Positions 11,665 through 25,368 are shown, counted from the whole stretch's first letter. The stretch is DNA of 62,019 nucleotides, filler included, from Sphacelaria rigidula (GCA_964200075.2; 9 parts of 9 records of this genome joined end to end with filler, not necessarily neighbours in it); one strand, 5' to 3'. Notes: generated from the letters alone by a model not told the origin. Translations and numbers: made by a program.

Positions 11665-13228
11665 CACGGGAATTTTGCAAGAGAGGATTTTCACAGTGGT
11701 AGCGTCAGTACAAAGCTGAACCACCCACATGATGAGTAATTTACTAGACGGCAGCACAATTCGGGGGATTGAGGGAGCGGTGGGCTCTCACTTGCAGAGG
11801 CAAAGTGCACGCCACGAAGCAAAACGCGGCATCAACTTTGTTTTGACCACATCGCATCGCACCCACAGCGCGTCTGGAAAATTAACGACGCTCCGCGCTT
11901 GCTTGGCTCCCCTGGAAAAAAAAACCGACATGAAAAATCACGCATCCTCTCATCCTGTACAGAGCATGACACACACCGCCCGAGTAAAGAAATTCTAATG
12001 GCAAAAGGAAAATCTCGGAAAGCAGTCAACCTGTATGCCGAAACCAAAAACGCAGCGCTCTATCATCAGGCATATATTTTGCTCTACGGGCTGGCCCCCT
12101 CTAGCATGGACTCGAGGCAGCCCGAAATCGACCACTTCAGACGCCACGTGTTATTTCTGTCATTTTTCAAGTTCTTTCCCCAAAGCTTTTTGTCTTCATA
12201 CAGACCAAAACCACACTGTTCCAACGAAAACAACGCACGCAGAGCAAATGATAAACATGGTTAGAACAGCGACCAGCCCACCGACCACACAGGAAAATCC
12301 GACAATCGAAAAAGCCGCCGGCGCGAAATATGTGGTCTAGTTTTCAATATATTTAGCAATATATGTCCACAAATATCTAGCCGTAAATTTTTTCACCATT
12401 TCGTCACAACACAAGACAGCACAGGGGGAGTAATTGCCAAGCCTTCTCGAACGTCCACGAGAACGCGGAGCGAAACACGCCAGGATGCTGCCCAAGTTGC
12501 CGCTGCTCGCATACTTGACCCCCAACTGTCGAAGACAACAATGCACCTTAATGTACCCTTTTTCAGTCCACCTCTCCCCGCCCCTTCCAGCACAAACGCA
12601 TACTGTATCTCAAACTGTCCAAGACGACAATGGAAATAAACGTACCCTTTCCAGTCCACCTCTCCCCATAACCCCCCCAGCACAAAATTGCCAACACGTC
12701 ACCAAGCAGGTTCCTCATACATGCGACCCAAACGGTCGGCAACAGACAAATCGTCCAAAGCTCCAGTAGTCACCAGATAATGGCGGAACCTTCCCCGCCC
12801 TCCCCTCCGCCGTGCGTTTCCGCTGTCCATACCCCCCCCTCTCAATTCTTCTGTGGCGCATATTTGAGTAAGGATCGGTGCGCGATCGAGGGTACTTGAT
12901 TCCGGTAGGGCAGCCGCGCCTCTTGCCCGTAGCGGAGCGTGTACCAATGACGTATACTGTGACGGGAAGAGGTACGAGCAGAGAAGGCGTAGCGACGGGG
13001 AAGGGTACAAGGACAGGAGGAGGTACATTGATGGGGGGACAGGTGCAAGGACAGGGGAGGGCACAGGAAGCGGTGAATATATTTGGTCCCGGAGACGGAA
13101 CAGGAGCAAGATGAGCTGGTGAGAGGTGAACGGAATGGTGAAGTGTTCACAGATCAAAAGCCTGCAATATGTGTGAGGTACTATAGTATCTAGACGATAT
13201 CGAATAAGAGAGGTGCGTAAACACGCTC

Positions 13229-13636
13229 GGGGGGGGAGAGGGGGGGGTGGAGACGGGAAAGGGGTACTTATGCCGTAGTCGAGAGACCATTGACCTCGCA
13301 TCCCTCAAAAGCTGGGACGAAGCACGCCGGATTTTCGCCGGACCAGGCTCGCAATCAATCACCAAGAGCAAAGCGCTTTGTTATGTTCAGGGAATTGCAT
13401 GAAGTATGAGATGCATCCTGATAAGATCGTTCGGCCCCAAGCGTACTGACTATCTTGTAACTGAATGACAACCTACAATGAGTTGCTTCAATTTCTGGTA
13501 TCGCCACTTCCAGAGACGGCCACGGGTTATACACTTCCTCATGGGTGGCTCACCATGTAAACACTGCATACAATAGTACGACCATCCACTTTGCGTGGAG
13601 TTCAGCTTCTCCACCCCACACAAATGATCACAATGT
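13229..13636 (-). mobile_element. Poly(C)-tailed retroposon family C (long copy)
   Basis: Co-linear with 50829-51225 over ~400 bp; the G-run on + is a C-tail on -. Confidence 0.75.
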
Positions 13637-13907
13637 GATCTAGCTGGAGGGGGGGGGGGGGAGGGGGTTGCTCATGATTTTGCATGCCATGGTGAGGAGA
13701 CGCTTNNNNNNNNNNNNNNNNNNNNNNNNNNNNNNNNNNNNNNNNNNNNTTAATTAATTAANNNNNNNNNNNNNNNNNNNNNNNNNNNNNNNNNNNNNNN
13801 NNNNNACTGCATAGAGTACAGGGTGGGTCTGATATCGTTGAGCGATAGCGTGTCGGAGTGCGTTTTTTTTTTTTTAATTCGGCGGGTTCACGTCAGCAAT
13901 TATCCCG

Positions 13908-15063
13908 CACTGGGTATTAGTGGGGTGCCGCAGTGTCACGGAAAATGTCGAACGCGCCGCCCGATTCGACGAGTCTTGACCTGAAGTTTCAGGAAGACTT
14001 TCTGCACCCAAGGAACTGATACTTCACGAGTCCGGCTGCAGGTTCTCCTTTTTTTCCCGGACTTGTGGCATTATCTAGTTTTTCTCTGAAACTTCGAATC
14101 CCGTAACTTCCTTATTTTTCATTGTTTTATTTGCTGCTCCGGTGATCTTCTGCATTACGATCATAAAAAGCTGCTGTCAAAATTTCAGCATCTAACTCCT
14201 AATATCTCGCCGTGCGTCGCCTGAGCGAGGTTTGCGCCTACACTTGGCTGGCCCAGCTCTTATGGTGAGGGCAGGGGATTTCTATACATACAGTAAACTT
14301 CCTGAGTACATCACGTCACAACATGTCTGCGGTGTTTCCCGCTTTCCCTCTGCACGGGCATACTATTTTTGCTTGGAGCTTGGATCCAGAGCTAGTAGAA
14401 TCGCAGTGACGATAACTAGATCGCAAGTATGAATGCACAGTGCTAGTGGTGAGACCATCCCGTCAAAGCTGGTCTCGGTCAACGCGGGCTCTTGGTTGTG
14501 AAGCAACCGACTTTTATGCGCGGTAGACTTCGCACCAGCATTTTCCGTGTGTCTTCTCCCTCACCAAAACTGACTTTCGATTCACCAAGTTGCCTCATGA
14601 AAAAGAGGGACAAACTGTCCCAATCCCCAACCTCGATTCTTCAGCACAATCACTCTACAATACAGGCCGTGATCACCCAAATTGTGTCATCAGTAAATAC
14701 CTTCCGCAATACGAGCTGGGGCAGCCAAGAGTACGTGTGAATCTCGCTCAGGCGACGCACGGCGCGATATCAGGAGTTGGAGGCTGAAATTTTGATCGCA
14801 GCTTTTCATCATCAAAATGCAGAAGATCACGGGTCCAGCAAAAATAAAAAATAAATTATAAAAACTTATGGGCATTCGGAATTTCAGCAAGAACAAGATA
14901 ATGCCGTAAGTCCAGGAAAAAAAAGAGAATCTGCAGCTGGACACGTGAAGTATCAGTCCCTTGGGCGCAGAAGGTCTTCCTGAAATTTCAGCACAAGACT
15001 CGTCGAATTGGGCCGTGCGTCCAACATTTTCCGTGACGCTGCTGCACTCCTATAAATCGAGTG
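13908..15063. mobile_element. Foldback / long-TIR non-autonomous element
   Basis: ~13908-14280 is the diverged reverse complement of ~14695-15063 (e.g. ttcgacgagtcttg/caagactcgtcgaa and actgatacttcacg/cgtgaagtatcagt). Confidence 0.85.
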
Positions 15064-15584
15064 ATGGGAGACTCCAATTATGAAGGTCATGAGTTCGAAT
15101 CCCGACAGATTCTCTTTTTTTTTCGTCCGTCATTAAGGTCATATATGCAGTACATTTTTTTCATTTTTTCCCTTCATTTAGCGGCAGTGCCGTTCGTCAC
15201 CAGGTTGGTCTACACTTCACAGTGATATGCTTACATCGGGTTTATTCGGGAAACTGGGGAAGCTGTGGTGTGAGCAAGCTCAAGCAGCTTTTAAGCTGGC
15301 CCAGCTCGTAGCACTTTCGAGTTCTATCGAAGAGTAGTACGCGAGAAAATTCCTAAAACAACCCTGACGACTTCTGATGCTGACTTTCATATTAGTCGTA
15401 TCTAGCTATACTGGACGTCGGCGGAACCACTGAACACAATCTCCGTCCTTGCTCCCTTGACTGCCGCGTGAGTTATCCCGTGGGATTACGCAGAGGTGTG
15501 GGCGCACGCCGCCCATCGAGCGCTAATCACATCTTGCTTGGGGCCAGGAGAACCTCAGAAGAGCTGTACTCTTTCCTTCTTAAT

Positions 15585-15906
15585 TGATAGCACCTTCCCT
15601 TCCTTGGGATGAATCCGTGGTGTTGAGGGATCAACCCGTCTCTCTTCCCCGGTGCATGCCATTACATACAGATTGGTATCGCGGATTGGATCATGATCAG
15701 CACTACTCCCGCACCGCGTCAACTGTCGTCTGACAAGCTCAGCCAAACAAACGCTCTTTGTGACCCACACCCTCGTGTTTTCAACAGCGGAAATTAAAAA
15801 CTTTGAAGAAAAAGCCTTAATGAACGCATTCGGCGGGAATTGAAACCCCATATTCCCCGCCCTAATCGGTCTTAGTTGTATCATTTTAATTTCGACCACT
15901 TGGGCG
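15585..15906 (-). mobile_element. tRNA-derived SINE family B
   Basis: Co-linear with 26405-26713, with degenerate A/B boxes at the right end. Confidence 0.65.
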
Positions 15907-15983
15907 CGGCAGCAAAAAAAACAGCCAATGGGCTCGCCGCGTTTCCCCCGACCATAGTACTAGCCTGGCGCGACGTCGCTTAA

Positions 15984-16101
15984 CCCTTTTGGAACCCATT
16001 GACGACTTCTCTTTTTGTAAATCGGCATCATTTTCAGTCATTTTCAAGTCAAAATGATGCCGGCCCATAGAAACAAAAATCGTCAATGGGCTCTCAAAGG
16101 G
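15984..16101. mobile_element. piggyBac-type MITE
   Basis: TTAA-cccttttggaacccattgacga ... tcgtcaatgggctctcaaaggg-TTAA. Confidence 0.85.
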
Positions 16102-16663
16102 TTAACTGCACATGGCGAACGAGATATCGTGCTGTTGACGTGTACTGTGTACAGTCCGTTCCTGTCGGAGGTGTGAGATTCAACGATTTATACACATGCA
16201 ACAATCACTCTCTCCTTACACCAGGGTGTGTTCGAAAAACTTCTCAAATGCTCAAATGCCCTACCTTGTTGCAGTGCACGTCAGTACACACTGTGAGGCT
16301 TACAGCAAGCGTGCTACATACTATGTACATAAAATAGACAAACGAAACAAATCCTTTTTGTCAGCACCCCAATTACTCATTTTTCAAGACTGCGCAACCT
16401 ACGCACAGCCCCTCGTCTAGACCACAGGTGCTGCAGTGGGAACGAAGGCGCAATAATATCGACACATTTCATTCCGAAATGAGGCTCAAAACGTAATCTT
16501 ATTGGAAGTTTTATGGGGGAAAAAATAAACACGAGCATTTCCAACTTCTCCTTTCGTGTCAAATTCACCAAAGCGTCTAAAAACACGGGGTGGAATTCAC
16601 CAAAACTTCCAAGAACAGAGTCAACTTCATTTTTCGGGTCAAATTCATCGAAACATCTGTTAA

Positions 16664-16821
16664 TCCTTTTGGGACCGAACTCCCACTCAGGAGGGATGAG
16701 CCCCTGGTTTGTACGCGCAGGCCATATGTGAATCGGCATCTCTTACTCGTTTTCAAGTGAAAATGATGTCGATTTATAAAACGCCCTCATCACTGGTTAG
16801 GCCGCTCCGGTCCCAGAAGGA
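16664..16821. mobile_element. piggyBac-type MITE
   Basis: TTAA-tccttttgggaccg ... cggtcccagaagga-TTAA. Confidence 0.8.
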
Positions 16822-16870
16822 TTAAACACGTGAGCATTCCCAACTTCTTCATATTGTTGGCCACATTCAC

Positions 16871-17053
16871 CGCAATACCGAGGTATCCATCGCCTCTCTT
16901 GCCTTGGTCGTCGATCGGCATCCGAGGACCACCCGGGCTCCCTGCCTCGCCAAGGCTGTTGCGGTGGCCTTTCCTATGCCAGTATTTGCGCCCGTCACCA
17001 CACAGACACGCCCATGCATGCCCACGTTGTCCGGTTGGTCCCTTGGTTTCGGT
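16871..17053 (-). CDS. Short-chain dehydrogenase/reductase (retinol dehydrogenase-like) N-terminal exon
   Basis: cttgcag| ...[36 protein letters not shown]... contains the TGxxxGIG NAD(P)-binding motif. Donor is gtgaat; an alternative donor gtattg lies 8 nt earlier. Confidence 0.85.
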
Positions 17054-17103
17054 CTGCAAGGGTGACGAAGGTAAAATTGACGATTGTCAAGACAAGAAAC
17101 GTC

Positions 17104-17349
17104 CAAGCTTGTGTTCTGTAGGGCATGGATATGTTCGGTAGGGTATGATATATCTTGTCGAGTCCCAGTACAGAACTTGCAGAACTGTTGGGTACGGTAT
17201 GCAGATTGTGAAGAACCCCTCACTCTCAACTGGGTATTTCTACACGGGCATGAGAGGCTCACAGGAACTCACAAAACTGTCGGGTACGGGTAATACTCGG
17301 GTAAATGCCCCGGGTATACAAAAAACGTACCCCACAGAACACAACCCCG
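17104..17349. mobile_element. hAT-type MITE in the SDR intron or upstream region
   Basis: caagcttgtgttctgtaggg ... cccacagaacacaaccccg; 8-bp TSD gaaacgtc/gaatcgtc. Confidence 0.7.
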
Positions 17350-19357
17350 GAATCGTCTGTCGCATGATGATTGCAATGGTCTAGGCCGACCAAAACCAGT
17401 CTGCCTGTGCATACTCTGGATGAGGACGACGCACAGGAGCACATGTTTCGTTGAAGAAGCCAATCGATTGCACGCATCATCGACCCCCAATCGTCACTTG
17501 TTAAAGTCTACTCAGCATTTTTGCCATCGCCTCCGATCGTGTTTGTGGGATCGTGATCACTTTCGCCTCTATGGATATGGATATAGACTTGCACTGCATC
17601 TCCCTCAAACGTCTTGATTTCGCATTTCACTGCATGGCCTAGAGAAAATTTGTTGGGGGAATCATTCCTTTCAGCGATACTTCCTCTGCGCCATCACCCC
17701 GAGGCACTGACCACCTGCTCAATTTGCGCCCGGAAGAAGTCAAATATTAAGGTGTTTGGAGAATGGCATATATCTGGCTCGTCTCAATGGGGCTACGATG
17801 CCAGCAACGCATTCTATGACGTGATGTGAGTGACACAATACTTTCCTTAACGACTGCCTAACGTCATTCTCAACGAGCTTCACGTTTGTTCGGTGCAGAG
17901 GTCGGTGCATGTACTGCCGTCAGAAGTCTGAAGCCATTTCTGCTGCGGTGAGACGCAGAGGACAACGATTCTCAGCCTGGTCTGATAGCATTGTTCTCCT
18001 TTGAAACCACCACGCGTTGCGATCTTCCGGGTGAAGGAGTGCGCGCAAAGAAACGGTGAAATCCGCACGACCGTTCGCGCAATTTCACCCCGCAAATTGA
18101 TCATCAGGTGCAACTGTAAAAATAACTAATCAGTTACTGGCTAGGCAAACCATGAAGCATGCACGTTAATATACGAACTGCGCCGCACAGCTCATCCCAT
18201 ACTATACGTATCGACTACACCATGTTCAAACCAGGCACGAAGCACGGGTTGTTTTGGGTCGGCACGCGCATAACACGCACCAAAACGTCTTTGCCAAACA
18301 CACATGGACACGCGCACGCACCGAAACAAAGTTACTCCGACTCAGACCTCTCCCTCGAGGTTTCCTCCCCAGCCCCCTCTGTGCTTTTCCATCATTTCTT
18401 CTTCCTGAGGACAGCATATTGGTCGGGAGACTCCGACGAGGGGCCGACTTTGGCAACCCAGTTCTCCTCAGCGACGTGTGCAATTCGAGCTCTATTTTTT
18501 GCGTTGTGTGTTTCAAATCCGAACGCAGAGGGCTGCGAGCTCCTTTGCAGAGAATCTCCCGCGCTCGGCAGAATACACCGAGAAATGACGGTTTCGTGCA
18601 TATTTTGAGGGTACGCTCTAAAAGGAGGTGAAAAATGAGGTCGCTGACCCTCTCCGTTTCAGCGGTGTAGAGGTTTATGTAGCGTCTGAACAGCGAGGGC
18701 GTCGGCGTATAGAACTAAGTGTATCCAGAAGGAGCATTCCCGTAAAAAAACGGAAAAATGTAAGTTGCGTCTGGTCGGAATTGCTTTGCAAACAGCCCGG
18801 GCACGTTTTGCCGCCCAAAACTATTATAGCCCGATTTGCATTACTTTTGTGTTGTACTGCACTGCACTCGTCTCTTGTGTGCATCGAACACACTGAGCAA
18901 AGCGGCGCTGGCGTTAGGTCGGGGTTCCGTGCAACGCGATAAGCGCAGCGACACAATCTTGATACGGTTAAAATCTCTTTTGCCACAAGTTTCAATCTGA
19001 GCGATGTTTTTGTGCGATTGAGAGTCTAGCGCTGATTTAGAGTGAGTTTTATTATTCGCTCTAACTTCGCCAATTTTACATGTTGTGTGAAGTCTTCTTT
19101 GCCTGGAACACTGTCATGTGCTTACAGCTACGCGTCGATATCCTACTGGGGGATCTCACAGGCTTCAGTGGCAAGCTCCTACAGAAAGCGTATCGAGCCT
19201 CGTGCAAGGCCCGGAGAGGCATTTCGGAACCGAAATGATTTAATTAATCAACTGACCGCTTCTCACTCTGAATCGCCTCCTAGACGCTCGATCTCAGGAA
19301 AAAAATGTTCATGGTACTCTAGCAGGAAACGGTATTGGAAAGGCGAGCCTACGTCTG

Positions 19358-19393
19358 AGACCACGGGTTCGCGAGATCGGGCTAATGTGCGGA

Positions 19394-19424
<31 letters not shown>

Positions 19425-19425
19425 G
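19358..19425 (+). mobile_element. Retroposon 3' end with (AAT)n tail
   Basis: gaccacgggttcgcgagatcgggctaatgtgcgga(aat)n; near-identical end at 10812-10863. Confidence 0.7.
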
Positions 19426-20789
19426 TAGTAAACATGTTTCATAAGCAGATTACCGTGGAGCTGACGACCTGCACAACTAACGAAGGAGACAGGGATGGTC
19501 TGAAGTTGCGCTATCACGATGCACACTTGATTGATTTTTATTGATTAGTTAATTGTCGCACTTTAACGTACCCCCCCCAGGGATCCAGCCGTGGTCAGAT
19601 GATAGCCGTACCCAAGAAAAAACAAAACTGGAACGCTCGCTGAAGAAAAAGAAGGAGCAGAAAAGTCGAACAGAACGACATGAGTAGACTAAGACGTGAA
19701 AAAAAAAAAGGCAGTATTTTACGCACAATCCCACTTTCCCTAAATTTTCACCACACGAAAAGTGTTTGTCGTGGCCAGGGGGGATTCCAATGTAGTACAC
19801 GGAGAATACCACACTCGTGTGTGCCCACGTCCGCCCGAGGACCTTGTTTGTACGTGGCAGTGCGCCGGCTGAGGCCTCGTCTCAGCACATTTTTTTTCCC
19901 ATCGTAAAATCGCGATGGAAAAAAAAAAAATCCATCCGATAGGTCGTCATTTCAACAAATATGACGTGGACGTAAGTCACGAACTATTAACTAGTTTGTT
20001 TCTTCGGCCGCTCCTTTTTGATCGAAAAATGATTTGCTAAAGACAGGGCCTGGGGGACAAGACTGTGTAGTACAGCACAGCGCGGTGGAGCAAAACAACT
20101 GTGGCCATATTCCCCCAACTCCATATCCTGAAAAATATTTGGTTTCAGTGTGAACCATGATACCCAGATCTTCACCGGGCGCGCAGTGAAAGGGGAAAGC
20201 AGGTTTACGCGAGTTAGCGTATTATCACCACAGTCGACACATTCTAGATATAACTTGTTCTATACGAACCCTAGCCCTAACCCTTACCCAACTCAAAGCA
20301 TTCGGAAAATCTCGGGCAAGGGATATATACACATGGCCTCCTGGGCAAAGTATGTATTGACAGAGCTCAAACAGGCGCCGTAGGCACAGCTATGAGCAAA
20401 AACTCGTGGTGCGCAGGATGTTAGCACTCGGGGACTGCCGGTCCTTCAAGGATCTGAATCTGATGTCCTGGTCCTACTGTTTTTTGTCGCACTTTAAACC
20501 CCTCCCCTTCCCCGGGACGAGTCCGTGGTCTCAAGGGATCAATCTATCATACGTCGGACGAGCACGAGTGTCACTCGTGGCACTCGTGCTCGTTGGGCTG
20601 CTTGTTGNNNNNNNNNNNNNNNNNNNNNNNNNNNNNNNNNNNNNNNNNNNNTTAATTAATTAANNNNNNNNNNNNNNNNNNNNNNNNNNNNNNNNNNNNN
20701 NNNNNNNTCAAGCTTGTTCACCACCCCGCCTGTTGGGCTCGCGGAGCTCTATTTTTTCCACCCCACCCCCCACCCCCCCCCCGGCCATG

Positions 20790-20846
<57 letters not shown>

Positions 20847-22334
20847 AACAAAGGTTGCTTTGCCATTTTTCAATAATAGTCCGTCACGGTGAAAGATCCC
20901 TAATGGTTCCACCGCAACAAAGGACGAACACGAGAAATGGGATAGACGTGGCGGGCAAACGTAATGACTTCATTTCGGAACATCTTTCACATTTAGGAGG
21001 TTATTGTGAAGAATTCTCGTTTGTTCCATCAGTTTCTCCCTCAGCTGTGTTTATCTACGAACCACACTTCGCGGCCATTTTTTATACCACTATTCTGAGA
21101 GTGTGGTGACTCGTAGTCGTACAACGGGCGCTTCCACGCATTTCAATAACGGCAAGCTCGTGCCCGGGCGCCAGCGCAAACAGATGTAACAGCTTCAGCA
21201 CGGTTTGATGATCTACAGATGAGCATAAAACGAGTAAAACTCAAACAAGTTCTGGGTGTCATTGCACATGTCTGTTGGTAAGCGCTGCACTGTAGAGAAT
21301 TGTGCAGCAGCAATACGATCGACCGTGAAAGAGCAAGGTAAGAAGCGGTGACATTGCTAGCGAGTCCAGCCGGACCCCGGACCAAGAAGAAGCAGTGATC
21401 CCAGTTGCTACGGACTACAGAGGGAACAGTCGAGTGCAACAGGTGCCGCCTGTCACGACGTTAGAGCCGCGTTAGATTTCTTGAAGCTACATATTCCAAC
21501 ATGAGTAACTCATTCAACTGATATGTTTCGCTTGCCTATCTACGTAAAATCCATATACCTGTCGTACTTGTTTCGATTCTTCCATTATCGGCCGCTCGCT
21601 CCCCTTGTAACACAAGTGCAGACTCTCTCCTGCCTCCTATCCCCTCCTTCGTCGCAACGCGGACAAATCTCAGCAACGTTTCCAGTGGTATCTATTGTCA
21701 TATTCCATAGAACATGACCACATATTACGCTGGTACACAGCTCGTTTGATCCGCGTTGCTTGCTTCCAAGGTGAGACAGTGCTGTTGAAGGTGTGCGAGG
21801 AAGTGAGCGCGGTAAGCATCACATCATCATTTGCTCTTTTGATTGTACTTGAGGTTCATGTTGTCACTGAAAAACTAGAAAGTAAGATCAGCAGTCTCAG
21901 AGACGCTGCAGGCAGAGTAAGTAGTGTTCTGGGTGTGTGTGGGGCCCACATCAACTGAACAGACAGAACGCACTGCTCTGCTACTTGCACCACTTGGTAG
22001 CACCCTGTAACAATTGTTACCGCAGCTACTTGTGTCCACATCGGCTTGTGCAATACATCGATTCGCGAACCCTTGTCGACAGCAAGACCTTTACTCTGGG
22101 ATAGACGCACCGCAGCCGCCGGTTGCACCTATTACCACTGACTGTAAGGTCCTTGTGAACGGTGCTGTCGGCGCTGTCTACTATCCCACATACGTTAGAT
22201 AACACCAGGTGTTTTAGCACCCACCGCATCGAATTGCGAGACTCGCGAGAGGGATAAGAGGCAGAACCGACCAGACAAACAGTCAGAGACAAGGAGAGGA
22301 AATAAGAGGGAGAAAGGGGGGCGAGTAGAGCAAA

Positions 22335-22484
22335 ATGCCGACGCTTGGGGTGAATAGGGACGACCTCTTCGAGGCCCTCGGTCAGACGTACACCCAGGAA
22401 GGATTCGACGAACTGTGCTTTGAGTTCGGCATCGAGCTGGACGAGGTCACGTCAGAGGCGGACGAACTGGCTAAGCAATCTCAG
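22335..22484 (+). CDS. FARSB: Cytosolic phenylalanyl-tRNA synthetase beta subunit, exon 1
   Basis: [41 protein letters not shown]...|gtaagt; hallmark eukaryotic PheRS-beta N-terminus, phase 0. Confidence 0.95.
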
Positions 22485-22732
22485 GTAAGTAGAGACCATG
22501 CGCCATGCCATCACAATGTAAACATAAAGCAGAGAAACTCATCATCACCATCCTCATCCTGGAATAACTCTCCTTATTTTCATCCAGCTTGTACTACTGA
22601 ACACGGCACAATGAAGGTGCACAGAAACGCTCTGCCCGCTACCCGTGCAAATCAAAATATACGTTCACTGCCCAATAATGTTGCATTGAGTGGCGGATGA
22701 GAAGAGCTACATTTTGTCTTTCACCACATTAA

Positions 22733-22829
22733 CCCTTCGACCGCGAGGGTAGTCCATCTGGATCATGCATTTTTTTTCGAGTGAAATTGATGCCGATCCA
22801 GTAGATGACCTACATTCGCCATGTAAGGG
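22733..22829. mobile_element. piggyBac-type MITE in FARSB intron 1
   Basis: TTAA-cccttcgaccgcga ... tcgccatgtaaggg-TTAA; same family as 41041-41142. Confidence 0.8.
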
Positions 22830-24149
22830 TTAAAGTGCAGTGGTCAGTGAGTGTATTTCCGGCCAAAAGAACACGTAAGTCGGCCGAGTTTTGTCGTTTA
22901 TGCCGCGAGCACGTGGTGCGTGCCTGCTTTCTACATACAAAACTGCGAAGAAAGACAAGAAATGCAAGCGAAATGGCACTTAGCACGGCTACATTGTTGT
23001 AGGTAATCCACTAGAACTGTCCTGTGCTGGATACTGGACCTCAGCGGCAAGTTATCCTTGTTCGTCTCTGCTTTCCTCGAGCATTTCCTTTGATTGGCAC
23101 AGCATGACAATTCTAGCCCATCACGATTCAAGCCCCTGTTGTACCTTGTTTTGGTACCTGCTTTGCTTTCCCGTGAGTACTGCACATAGGCCTGATCCGT
23201 CCGGTATAGTGAAATGGTCATCACGCCTATGGCAACACACCGCCCGCAACGACGACATACACCTGATTGGCCATGATCAAAATACGCGGGCCACTGCTGT
23301 ATCCTCAAGTGGTCGAAAAAGGGCAAGGTATCCAGTATATAGTACCCTAAGTTCGAAATGGGCACGGCCTAAGTTTGGATTTTTCTCGCCTATACTCTTC
23401 GACAGAACTTGAATTTACAGCGTCGACACGTTTTGGTAAAATAAACAGACCGTCTTCCCCCCCCGGTGCCCAAGTTAGCGCTAGTCGATGTCATCGGGTG
23501 ATACAAGTACCTACCCCGTTCATCAGCAGGGTGTTATAATCAATGAAACGCAGTTACTCGACTCTAGTGCAATGAGCAGGTGGGATCTTGAAGAGTAAGC
23601 TTTTTCATTTCTTCACAAATACGATCGGCGCAGGCTCGATCGACCGGAAATGCCGAAGAGTCAGAATCTGGGCTGAACAGTGATAGGACCCCCGATGACC
23701 GGTCAGCCCGGAAGTCATTCAATATCGAGTGCAGAAGATTTTTTTCTCGAAATGTGGAGCGGATACCAGTATCTTCAGGTCCCTGATGTGATAAGCGGTG
23801 GCAAGCGAAAGAACCCAAGAAAATCGCCAATTACGAAGAAAGCACCAAATTTCCCACTTTGAACTTGGGGTCCTGTACCTTTTTCTGGCCATTACCCCCA
23901 TGATAAATGTGTCAAAAAGGAATATGTATTCCTGAAGTGGTCATGTCACCACGTTCGAGAAACTAGTGTACAACGAACCCCATGGCCCCTGTTGTGTGTG
24001 TGTGAGTGAGAGGGAGAGAGAGAGAGAGAAAGCGACGGAGCCTGCGAAGTAGAGAAGAGAGTAACCCCAAATTCAACCGTGTATAGCAGGTGGTGTTGAG
24101 ATATGCTGGTTGTAGCAACTTCATTCTGTGTGTTCAATAGAGTTGCACG

Positions 24150-25368
24150 TTAAGTTGTGAACTGGTCTGCCTAACCAGTTAACTGGTTGCAAAAAACTAC
24201 AACCGGTTACACTTCTCAGTTAAAAGTGTAACACTTGCTGCGAAGCCGCCCCGCGACTCCGCCAGGGTTGCCTGGCAAGGCAATGCGGCGGAGTCGCGTT
24301 AACGCCCCCCCCCCGGCTAGTGAGAGGGCCCTGCCGGGAGCAAGAAAATGACGCCATTTGGCTTTACACCTCTTCAAAATCGCGGTAAACTCTAGTCGCC
24401 TAGCGCCAGCAATTCGAGCACGTATTCGGCGCACAAAAATATGTGTGTAAGGGAGAGAAAGAAATATCACTGAAGTTTGCGACGTGAATTCAAAAACGAA
24501 GCGGTGAGACAGTAGTAGTGCAGCTTACATCAGTAGATCTGAGGATTTGTACGTGAACATTGGTCGGTACTCGATTTTACTTGATTTCAGACTGAAAAAA
24601 GTTATGAGAAAATGCGTGGTCTGGGGCAAGTAAGCAGTGGTGAGCAGTAGACCCAGCTCGTCTAGAACGTGTTTTGATCAAAAATCGGCTGAAAGGGGTC
24701 GATTTGAGCTCTGGCAACGCATACTTTTCCGAAGGAACACATTGCACCCCCTTGCCCGAGGGTTCTCGTTATGCCTTGGTCGGGGTTAGGGTTAGCGTTA
24801 GCGTTAGGGTTGGCGGCATCTCCATTGTACCAACCATTGTTTACGTACAAATCCTCAGATCGCCTCGCGTACATGGCGTTCCGCGTGTACCACCCAAGCG
24901 CCAGGAACTACTAGTAGCACGACAACTTGGTAACGTTATTGAGTGTGATTTCATCAGCCAGGAAAATTCAACAGGAACCTCGATTCTTCCTGATGCTTCG
25001 GTATCACGTTGACCAGCCACCACTGAACGCTTGTAACGCTTGATGCCGACAGAATAAAGCAAAGCACAAACAACAACGCTACGAAACGCAGTTTTGCTTC
25101 GCATTTCAGATCCGCTCAGTCAACAACTGTCCGTGCCCAATCTCGCTTTTTTTATATATTAGAATATATTGTTTGCGATATTCGTGTCTACGTCCACGTG
25201 TGTGCGCCGTGCGGTCACTGTAGTACGACAATACGTCAGAAATATTGACTTGAGTACGACACATCGGGTGAAATAACTGCTTCAACTGGTTACAAAACCG
25301 ATCAGTACACCAGTTGCACCAGTTAACCGTAACTGGTCAGTTAAACTGGCAGCCAGTTCACAACTCTA
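24150..25368. mobile_element. Non-autonomous hAT-like element
   Basis: ttaagttgtgaactgg ... ccagttcacaactcta; 8-bp TSD gttgcacg/gttgtacg; aactgg subterminal repeats. Confidence 0.8.
24533..24864. mobile_element. MITE nested in the hAT element, carrying internal TTAGGG-like repeats
   Basis: ~35-bp TIRs gatctgaggatttgtacgtgaacattggtcggtac / gtaccaaccattgtttacgtacaaatcctcagatc. Confidence 0.75.

Noticed and set aside
20788..20846. Poly-Ala/Thr or poly-Gln coding tract
   Set aside because: It is a (GCA)n/(GCAACA)n microsatellite without supporting exon structure.
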